Source: a virus. Taken from it: DNA of 64,000 nt. The DNA lies in the IMG/VR virus record IMGVR_UViG_3300045988_140118; one strand, written 5' to 3'. The position numbers and the translations under genes were made by a program. Shown here in pieces: positions 51,786 through 58,974 of the stretch. The notes under the pieces were generated by a model that was not told where the DNA came from, searched no databases, and saw only the letters and a program-made list of their open reading frames with translations. Within the stretch, counting starts at the first letter, position 1. The number at the start of each line of letters is the position of its first letter.

Positions 51786-52934
51786 ATGCCACATAGTAAT
51801 GGAAAAATTACGGCTCCTATTTCTATAGATGATGTAAAGTATACGATCGGAACTTCTTCAGATGACCTTGGTACTCTCTGTATCAGCGACGCTGTTAATT
51901 CCCATGCGAAGTATAAACCTGTCAGACTTGACAGCCTTCTAGGAAGTTTGGAGTCTGGGTATTTTCAAATCGAAGATACCCGAACGAGTGTACCTTATAG
52001 TACGGATTGGTGGAGAAGTAAAAACGGTTATGCCGGATTCCAGATGGACCAGGTAAATAATGTGGGAAACCCCAATCTTCCTGATCCGGTATGGACGTAT
52101 CTGAAACCTGACACTTATTACAGACTTCACGATTTTGAAGGTTACAATCACAACGCACCCAAAGACCTGTTTACGGTAGGAGTCCCTGAAAAAGTAGCTC
52201 TTAATAAAGGGTTCAGGATGACCGTCCATATTCCCCAATCAAGAGACGGTGCTTTATGCCTTCCGGATATTTTTAATAAGGGCGCTTTTGACAGCGATTA
52301 TATCCGGTTTGTGGTTAATCTTAGAAGCCCTAGTAATCCTAATGCAACGTATGTAGAGCGTGAGCTTCCCGTCACTACCGAGAATAATGTTATCCAGTGG
52401 ACCGATGATGAAGTTCGTTTGGGAGGTACGGTAGGTGGTAAGCTTTGGTGCCATGTTTACATGAAAAACCATTTGGGGAGGTATGTAAGTCTGAGAAATA
52501 CAGAAGCTACCAAAACCATATTTGAGATGCAGTACGTTTCCAGCGATCCGTTCCTGTTACAGATTCGCTGTCAGGCTGTCCTACGTTATCTGGTAAGCAA
52601 ACCTTATCAATTAAAGGTTATGAATCTCACCCCTATCATCAATGCCATGAACTACGCAGGGGGAACTTTGCCGGCTACTACCATTGCCATGTATAGGTAT
52701 TATACGGACAGTACGGATTATGTTAGAGAGCTTGAATTGTGGAAAAAAGATTTCCCTGAAACTACTGTTGCTGCCGGAGATCACTACACAATGCCGGGCA
52801 TACCTTTTGAATTTGAAGTAGACACGTATGGATGGGATTCCTATGTAGGAGAAAAAGTCATCTTTATTTGGTGGCAATACCAGATACAAGAACTTGCAAG
52901 ATTAGTCGTAACTATTAACCGCATGAATAGCTAG
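51786..52934 (+). CDS. paralog L2 of ANGxITAP family
   Basis: MPHSNGKITAPISIDDVKYTIGTSSDDLGTLC ... HDFEGYNHNAPKD. AGGAGG 6 nt upstream of the ATG. Confidence 0.7.
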   Translation: MPHSNGKITAPISIDDVKYTIGTSSDDLGTLCISDAVNSHAKYKPVRLDSLLGSLESGYFQIEDTRTSVPYSTDWWRSKNGYAGFQMDQVNNVGNPNLPDPVWTYLKPDTYYRLHDFEGYNHNAPKDLFTVGVPEKVALNKGFRMTVHIPQSRDGALCLPDIFNKGAFDSDYIRFVVNLRSPSNPNATYVERELPVTTENNVIQWTDDEVRLGGTVGGKLWCHVYMKNHLGRYVSLRNTEATKTIFEMQYVSSDPFLLQIRCQAVLRYLVSKPYQLKVMNLTPIINAMNYAGGTLPATTIAMYRYYTDSTDYVRELELWKKDFPETTVAAGDHYTMPGIPFEFEVDTYGWDSYVGEKVIFIWWQYQIQELARLVVTINRMNS

Positions 52935-52935
52935 T

Positions 52936-53169
52936 ATGAAAAAAGTAGATTTATTGATTAAAGGCAATTTATTTGCTGACAAAGTGGAGGGGGGGGGCGA
53001 GCTTTCCCTAGACGTAACAACACTGGCTGACCCCAGTAAGTATGACCTGACAAATGCCACAATCATAGAAGGAGACCTGGATATAGTCTCTTTAACGGGT
53101 TGTGGCATTGTTGTATGCACAGGTGCAGTAACAAGTAGAAAGAAAGGAGGTTGCGATGGCTTACGCTAA
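52936..53169 (+). CDS. paralog S2 containing a G9 tract
   Basis: MKKVDLLIKGNL...EGGGEL...TNATIIEGD...GIVVCTG. The 3' end overlaps the L3 start by 14 nt. Confidence 0.6.
   Translation: MKKVDLLIKGNLFADKVEGGGELSLDVTTLADPSKYDLTNATIIEGDLDIVSLTGCGIVVCTGAVTSRKKGGCDGLR
52989..52997 (+). repeat. G9 homopolymer inside S2
   Basis: Nine consecutive G counted, in the same GAG GGG GGG GGC context as S1. Gain or loss of one G gives a stop within 5-11 codons. Confidence 0.95.
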
Positions 53170-54244
53170 TGGTAAGATAACAGCTCCTATCGCTGCTTCT
53201 GACCCGTATTATGTTTTGGGTGTTGCAGCTCCTAGTTCCGGTTGGGATGTCGGTTATATTTGCGGAGCTGCCGTAAAAGATAAGATCAATGTACTTAGTA
53301 GGAAAAAACCTGTGAAGTACCCGCAACTGTTTACAGATGACTATCCTGAATGGTATAAAGCCGCTAATGGTAATTTTGGAATTGTTTTGCCGGAATCCGG
53401 AAGTAGTTCTGCACTTCCCTCTGCCGGACAACCTATGGCAAGATGGGGGTTTGATTATCCTACTGGTGGAAATTCAGAACCTTATAGACTTACTGATTAT
53501 ATAGGATATAACCACAACGCACCCACTATTTTTAGCATGCACCCTGACCCGGCAGTTTATCCGAGTGCACAATTTAGGTGTTCTATTCTATTAAAACAGA
53601 ACGCTGAGATTTCTTTGAATGAAATAAACTTTATCAGAACTGCTTATATCGGTTGTATTGTCCGGCACCAGGCAAACGGAGAACTTCGATTCAGGACTTT
53701 GAATAAATCCGTGATGGAGATGATGGCGCAAGAATACATAGTTACCCTTGATATTCCTGCATGGCCTGATGGTAAGGTGGATGTCTATATGGTCGCTTCT
53801 ATGGCTGAAGCATCTGAACAGTCGTATGTGGGAGTCAATACCACGATTTTTTCACTGAACCAGAGTCATCTTGAAACAGCACATGAAATTAGGACTCTTG
53901 CCAAACCTGAACCGAACAGCTTTAAATTCGAGTACAAGGTCGTTAATGAATTTGCGAATGAATATCATTTGGAATGTACATTTACGTCTATTAAAGGTGC
54001 ATGGGAGAAAGCCCGATTCTCAGTTATGCTTGAATCAGATCCAGTCGGTGCTTTCCTTGGCGGTATGGGTGAGTCTTTATCTCCTGCTCCGATCGGAGAA
54101 ATGCTGTCACAGGGAGAGTCGTATACATTCAACTCTCAGTCATTTACTCGTGTGCAGACTTCACAGAATAACTATGTGAATTATACGGCTAGATACTTAG
54201 GAGATAATTATCAAGCAGGTTCTATTTTGTTTAGAGCTAAATAA
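53156..54244 (+). CDS. paralog L3 of ANGxITAP family
   Basis: MAYANGKITAPIAASDPYYVLG ... TDYIGYNHNAPTIF. AGGAGG upstream of the ATG. Confidence 0.7.
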   Translation: MAYANGKITAPIAASDPYYVLGVAAPSSGWDVGYICGAAVKDKINVLSRKKPVKYPQLFTDDYPEWYKAANGNFGIVLPESGSSSALPSAGQPMARWGFDYPTGGNSEPYRLTDYIGYNHNAPTIFSMHPDPAVYPSAQFRCSILLKQNAEISLNEINFIRTAYIGCIVRHQANGELRFRTLNKSVMEMMAQEYIVTLDIPAWPDGKVDVYMVASMAEASEQSYVGVNTTIFSLNQSHLETAHEIRTLAKPEPNSFKFEYKVVNEFANEYHLECTFTSIKGAWEKARFSVMLESDPVGAFLGGMGESLSPAPIGEMLSQGESYTFNSQSFTRVQTSQNNYVNYTARYLGDNYQAGSILFRAK

Positions 54245-54270
54245 CTTTTGCATTTTTCCTAAAAATAGTC

Positions 54271-54278
54271 TATCTTAG
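54271..54278 (+). promoter_or_regulatory. -7-like box TATCTTAG (one mismatch) with -33 TTTG at 54247-54250
   Basis: 20-nt spacing to TTTG. 39 nt upstream of the ATG at 54318. Confidence 0.4.
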
Positions 54279-54317
54279 CACCGTGAGAATTAATTGTTTA
54301 ATTTAAAAATCGTATTT

Positions 54318-54674
54318 ATGGCAGCTATTAGTGTAACTGTAGACAATGGTGATTTGGTAAATGTAACTAGAAAGGATGCTACCGTTGTTAGCGAGAACCT
54401 GAACTTGGTAGGTACCGAGTTGGTTATTACTACAGGAAAAGTTCTTTCTTTTAAAGGAAACGTACATAGTAAAGCTTCCAAAACTGTTATTGGAACTTTC
54501 GAGTACAATAACAATGCCGGAAGTTCCGGAGCTATGATTCCTGCTTCTAGCTATGAATCGGTAGTTCGGATTACAAATGAATCCTACGCGGATAAACAGG
54601 TTGAAGCTACTGAAGCTTTGTTGCTTGGGATTGCTAAGTTTTCCGAGCTCCCTACGAATACTTTGTGTGAATAA
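54318..54674 (+). CDS. paralog S3 (longer, no G tract)
   Basis: DATVVSENLNLVGTELVITTG aligns with NATIIEGDLDIVSLTGCGIVVCTG of S2. First ATG of track ORF 54294-54674. Confidence 0.55.
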   Translation: MAAISVTVDNGDLVNVTRKDATVVSENLNLVGTELVITTGKVLSFKGNVHSKASKTVIGTFEYNNNAGSSGAMIPASSYESVVRITNESYADKQVEATEALLLGIAKFSELPTNTLCE

Positions 54675-54692
54675 CCTTTTAAAAAATTGATT

Positions 54693-55199
54693 ATGTCTGG
54701 AAAGAAAACTGCGCCCGCAGAAAACGAAGAAGTAACTGAAAAGAAAAATGTTGCTTTGGTTATTGATATGGCCAAAGGTGATATTCAGAAATTGTCCAGT
54801 GTATTAAAGACAATCCACTACGGAAAAATGTCCTTTAACGGAAAAATGGCTCTTGTAAAGAATGGTCTTACGATCATACAAAAGTCTAAAGAATTGGAAG
54901 AGGAACGAAAACTCGCTTATGACGGATTTATCCCGGAAGAATATAAAAAACTGGAGGAGAAACAAACCAATGGTGAAGATCTTACTCCGGAGGAAAGCGA
55001 CAGATTCTCCAAAATGAACCAGCAATACGGCATTAAACTTAACGAGATGTTTGCTGCACTTAATGCCGAACAGGTTCCGATGAAGATTATCCCTCTTTCA
55101 ATGGCCGACTATAAAATATTGATGGAGGCTAATGAAAGCGCCATCAATGGGGAAGGATTCGTGTACATTTACCAATATCTAACCGAACAGGAGGACTAA
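54693..55199 (+). CDS. hypothetical protein
   Basis: First ATG of track ORF 54687-55199. 168 aa, acidic and helical. Confidence 0.55.
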   Translation: MSGKKTAPAENEEVTEKKNVALVIDMAKGDIQKLSSVLKTIHYGKMSFNGKMALVKNGLTIIQKSKELEEERKLAYDGFIPEEYKKLEEKQTNGEDLTPEESDRFSKMNQQYGIKLNEMFAALNAEQVPMKIIPLSMADYKILMEANESAINGEGFVYIYQYLTEQED

Positions 55200-55203
55200 C
55201 ATT

Positions 55204-55566
55204 ATGCCAAAAGGACTACCTAGCAGATTTTCTCTTGAAAGAGGACGTTTTTTGCTGACTGACGGAACTACCAAAGCACGGGATGCTATTTGGTTTTATT
55301 GCATTTTCGATAAATTCCGGATTTATACGTCTGATTACGGAGCCGGTTTTTATACGCTATTGCAGAAATCTGCTTCGTATCTATTGGCAAATAGAACATT
55401 AATACTTGGGAATCTCCGCAGGGGGATTTCTAAGTATGTTTCTTATGTTACCGTAAAGAACCTAGATATTGGCTATCTTGAAGGACGTACCTCTTATGCG
55501 GTGATGGTAGAGTATACCTCCCCGGACGATACAAAAACTGAAATACGAGACGTAACATTTATCTAA
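55204..55566 (+). CDS. baseplate wedge protein (gpW / gp25-like)
   Basis: 120 aa, immediately upstream of the baseplate J-like gene. Size and position fit gp25/W. Confidence 0.55.
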   Translation: MPKGLPSRFSLERGRFLLTDGTTKARDAIWFYCIFDKFRIYTSDYGAGFYTLLQKSASYLLANRTLILGNLRRGISKYVSYVTVKNLDIGYLEGRTSYAVMVEYTSPDDTKTEIRDVTFI

Positions 55567-55568
55567 AT

Positions 55569-57074
55569 ATGGCTCAGACAAAAGAAGAATTATTGCAATA
55601 CTTTTCCGGACTTGACTTGGCTCTCCTTCAAAAGTTAGAGAGGTACTCCAAAATGCTGATTATTCCGGATGAAGATCTGCTGACAAATGCCACCATGATA
55701 CAGATGGTTGATAAGGCACATTCGTTGGCCGATGTTTTATTTCCGCAATGGACTGATAGAAGTAAGTCCGATTTTGGAGAGTTCTTAGTGGAACTCTTTG
55801 CTGTTTTTTCCGAAAAGGATTTTTGGTATCTTAATGCGTTCGCCAATGAAGGTATTCTCCAAAAAATGCGTTCCTACAGCAATGCGTTTGCCAAAGCTTC
55901 TTCTTTAGGTTTCAGACCTACTTTGTGCAAAGGAGCTACTGCGCAGTTTCAGGTAACTTTTGCTGCCGGATCTGCTGTTACGTACCGGAGAGGGGACATT
56001 GTTATTAGTGCCGGGGATTCTAAATTCACGAATGACACCGATTTTGCAGTAGAATCCGCTAGTGGTGCATTAACGAAGACCCTTTCTTTGCGTGAAGGGA
56101 CACAGATTGCCGAGGATGTTACTTATAACGGCTATTCTGTATTGATACGTAAAGAAAACATTGATATAGACAGTCTGAGAGTAATTATAGACAATATCAT
56201 ATACACCAGAGTCTCTAATTTCGGCACCTCCGGTCCTACAAGTACGCACTACATGGTATTACCGGAAGAAGACGGTTCTGCCAGCATATTTTTCGGAAGT
56301 AACGGACTTGGTGTACAACCTAAAGTTGGCAAAGGTATCCGGGTTGAATATCGTAGATGTAACGGTACGGATGGTAACATCGCAAAAACTGAGGCTACTG
56401 TTTCCGATAGCTTATCTAATAGACAGGCTACTTCTGCCACTATGCTTGCAGAAGCTTCCGGAGGTACTTATCCTGCTTCCTTTACTTCCATTAAACAACA
56501 AGCCCCTTTGTATTTTAGTACGAAAGGTGCAGCCATCAATGAAAAAATTTCCGAGGATACTCTTAATAGTTTTTCGTTTGTTCGACAATCTAAGGTATCT
56601 GTCATAGGTAGAGAAGTAAATTACCGGATTATTCCGGTATCAGGTGCTAAAGAACCCAACGATTCTGAGAAGCAATATATTAATCAGAATTTTGCTCCGT
56701 ATGTAATGACTGGCTATGTTGCCACGTATACGCCTAACACCTATGTAAACGTACTTTACCGCCTCTCTGCTGATAAATTATATATTGACTGCATAATTGC
56801 ACCCAATTATAATAAAACGGCTATTATGTCCTCCGTGCAACAAATTATAAGGGATGTTACAAACCCACTTGTAAAGGCTACCTACGGAGGTTCTCTGATA
56901 AAGTCCGATATGGACCTTCTTATAAGATCTTCTGTTGCCGGAGTTCAGAGTGTCACTTTTAAAATGCTCAAAGGACAAACCGAGAGTGTAATGCCTGACT
57001 TAACTTTAGGAGATGCTGAGATATTTACACCGATTGATTTAACTAAAGTGGAGGTTAGAACAAATGTCGTTTAG
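55569..57074 (+). CDS. baseplate J-like protein (gpJ / Mu gp47-like)
   Basis: 501 aa. WTDRSKSDFGEFLVELFAVFSEKDFWYLNAFANEGIL...ASSLGFRPTLCKGATAQFQVTF fits the Baseplate_J N-terminal pattern. Confidence 0.65.
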   Translation: MAQTKEELLQYFSGLDLALLQKLERYSKMLIIPDEDLLTNATMIQMVDKAHSLADVLFPQWTDRSKSDFGEFLVELFAVFSEKDFWYLNAFANEGILQKMRSYSNAFAKASSLGFRPTLCKGATAQFQVTFAAGSAVTYRRGDIVISAGDSKFTNDTDFAVESASGALTKTLSLREGTQIAEDVTYNGYSVLIRKENIDIDSLRVIIDNIIYTRVSNFGTSGPTSTHYMVLPEEDGSASIFFGSNGLGVQPKVGKGIRVEYRRCNGTDGNIAKTEATVSDSLSNRQATSATMLAEASGGTYPASFTSIKQQAPLYFSTKGAAINEKISEDTLNSFSFVRQSKVSVIGREVNYRIIPVSGAKEPNDSEKQYINQNFAPYVMTGYVATYTPNTYVNVLYRLSADKLYIDCIIAPNYNKTAIMSSVQQIIRDVTNPLVKATYGGSLIKSDMDLLIRSSVAGVQSVTFKMLKGQTESVMPDLTLGDAEIFTPIDLTKVEVRTNVV

Positions 57075-57714
57075 TGAGTATGTTCCCGAACAAGTTCTGG
57101 AGTCAGGTGAAGCCAGGAACTTTTTAAACGTCATGGATCTGGTCCAAGAACTTAAAACCGAAATAATTTCTGAAGGACTTCGGGTAAACAATAATGCGGT
57201 CAACCTAAATAAGAAATGGATTGTCAAGAGATTAATCGACTGTGGACTTAACAGTGTTCCGGTGGAGTTTCCGTTACCTGTATTGTTACAGGTTCTTTTA
57301 AACATAGATACTCTTTTCAGAACTAGAGGAAGTAAAATTGGAGTTGAATTTTTCTGTAGTGTATTCTCTTTAGGAAGTGTTACAGTGGACGATTCTAAAT
57401 TTTATGCTTCTCCGATCACCTTATTACTGGATTCTAAAGTACAAGGTTTTATCGTGGATGACAGCACTGACCCCAAACTTTGCTTAGTAGATGATTCCTC
57501 AAAAATTAATCCGGCAGTGTCTTTAGGCATCTCCATACAAAGTAGATACTTTAACGGGAATTATCCTACAGAAGCTTCACTGATCAAGAGTTTCATCTCC
57601 ACTAACATAGGTCAGTTCTTAGGATTTTCTCCAAATAAGACGATCAACTTTACATATACAACCAGAGATTCTTTTTATTATCACCCACTTTTAAACACCT
57701 ATTTCCATGAGTAA
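57064..57714 (+). CDS. tail protein I-like baseplate protein
   Basis: 216 aa overlapping gpJ-like by 11 nt. LLQVLLNIDTLFRTRGSKIGVEFF resembles the gpI signature (h+.KGT..gle). Confidence 0.5.
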   Translation: MSFSEYVPEQVLESGEARNFLNVMDLVQELKTEIISEGLRVNNNAVNLNKKWIVKRLIDCGLNSVPVEFPLPVLLQVLLNIDTLFRTRGSKIGVEFFCSVFSLGSVTVDDSKFYASPITLLLDSKVQGFIVDDSTDPKLCLVDDSSKINPAVSLGISIQSRYFNGNYPTEASLIKSFISTNIGQFLGFSPNKTINFTYTTRDSFYYHPLLNTYFHE

Positions 57715-58789
57715 GATCATAAATAAACCGTTTAATGCAGCGATTAAAATTTTCAGGACCATCTTTAAAGGATCTCCGAATTTAATCACGTCCGCAGACC
57801 TTAACAGACAAATTGAGGCTCTCAAATATCAAATGGACTCCCTTGATGAAAAGGTAGGGGTTCTCAGTGATTTTATGCCTTCTATTACTTACGAATCCGG
57901 AAGTATTTCTGTTACTCCTATCTTTACATATTTGGAAGTAAAAGGCTGCTCTTTTAATCCTTCGAAGGCTGTACTTACCACTGCTTTAACGGGTAGTGGA
58001 AAAGTCTATGTATGCCTTACCGCAGAACAAGAAGAAGTAACGTATGCTACTGATTTTTCGCACGATATAGCCGGAGCTAAGTTCGAAGATGGTACTTCGA
58101 TGGAGGCTGCTAACCAAATGGTTTATAAGAACGAAGGTTTGGTCATTACTTCCAACCCGGCAGGAGTAAGTAATTTTGTCGCTATTCTTGCCATGTATTC
58201 CCTAAATAGTAATGGAACTGTAGAACAAACATTGAACACCATTACGAGATACCAAAGCGCCCTACTAAAACAAACTGTTCCAATACTTCGTAATTTCGAA
58301 GAAAATCCGGAAGAAAATAAACCTGCTAACGGTATGGCTTATGATAAAGCGTTCAGTGTATTGTGGAAAGCTACCTCAGCCATAAGTACAAGATTTCTCG
58401 AATTTATCTTACCGAAAACGGAGAAAAGTGCTATTTTTACAATGACTTTGGATGGTACGGATACGATTCCGGTATCCATCAATGGAAGTGTCGAGACATA
58501 TTTAGGTATCGTTAAGGTACAATTGCTTGCAGATTTCACTTCGTGGACTCCTACGAATAAAACCAGAGTGAACGTATCTGGCATGTCTCCTGTAGGAACA
58601 TTCCCTACTACGACCGGAAGAACTCGGATGCAAACCGGAGGGTATGCTTCAGACACGGATATTAATAAAACAGTCTCCCTATTGTGGCATATTAATACAG
58701 ACGGCACACTTGCGATCACATTAAAAGCGGATGACCCGAATAACGTAAAGTCACTTGGAACGTTTTTACTGTTTGGTGTGTATTTCTAA
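57707..58789 (+). CDS. baseplate-attached short fibre / distal baseplate protein
   Basis: 360 aa in the position of P2 gpH-type genes. No motif recognised. Confidence 0.4.
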   Translation: MSKIINKPFNAAIKIFRTIFKGSPNLITSADLNRQIEALKYQMDSLDEKVGVLSDFMPSITYESGSISVTPIFTYLEVKGCSFNPSKAVLTTALTGSGKVYVCLTAEQEEVTYATDFSHDIAGAKFEDGTSMEAANQMVYKNEGLVITSNPAGVSNFVAILAMYSLNSNGTVEQTLNTITRYQSALLKQTVPILRNFEENPEENKPANGMAYDKAFSVLWKATSAISTRFLEFILPKTEKSAIFTMTLDGTDTIPVSINGSVETYLGIVKVQLLADFTSWTPTNKTRVNVSGMSPVGTFPTTTGRTRMQTGGYASDTDINKTVSLLWHINTDGTLAITLKADDPNNVKSLGTFLLFGVYF

Positions 58790-58878
58790 AAGAATTTTGA
58801 GATCGTCTAAAAATTTTGTATACTTGTAGTTCAATTTAAAGTAGTTGTAGATGCAACTAACAAAATTGTGACCGGACA

Positions 58879-58931
58879 ATATATTATATCTATTAGTATA
58901 TTATATAATATATATTAATATATAAATATAG
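58879..58931. repeat. near-pure A/T low-complexity tract
   Basis: ATATATTATATCTATTAGTATATTATATAATATATATTAATATATAAATATAG contains only about 4 G/C. Lies 44 nt upstream of the helicase ATG. Confidence 0.9.
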
Positions 58932-58974
58932 TGTGTCGATGGAAGTTAGACTTTGCAGATGATTTTGTTAGCGC

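Noticed and set aside
53871-54179. 102-aa plus-strand ORF in an alternative frame inside L3 (similar cases at 28246-28434, 29545-29784, 40058-40306, 44595-44798, 56308-56607 and 59312-59809)
   Set aside because: All are embedded in longer ORFs that have family support or synteny. There is no independent start context. They are treated as chance open frames.
42704-54674. Diversity-generating retroelement acting on fibre or L-protein C-termini
   Set aside because: No reverse transcriptase is present in the window. I found no near-identical template/variable repeat pair with adenine-specific differences. The paralogs differ throughout rather than at scattered A positions.
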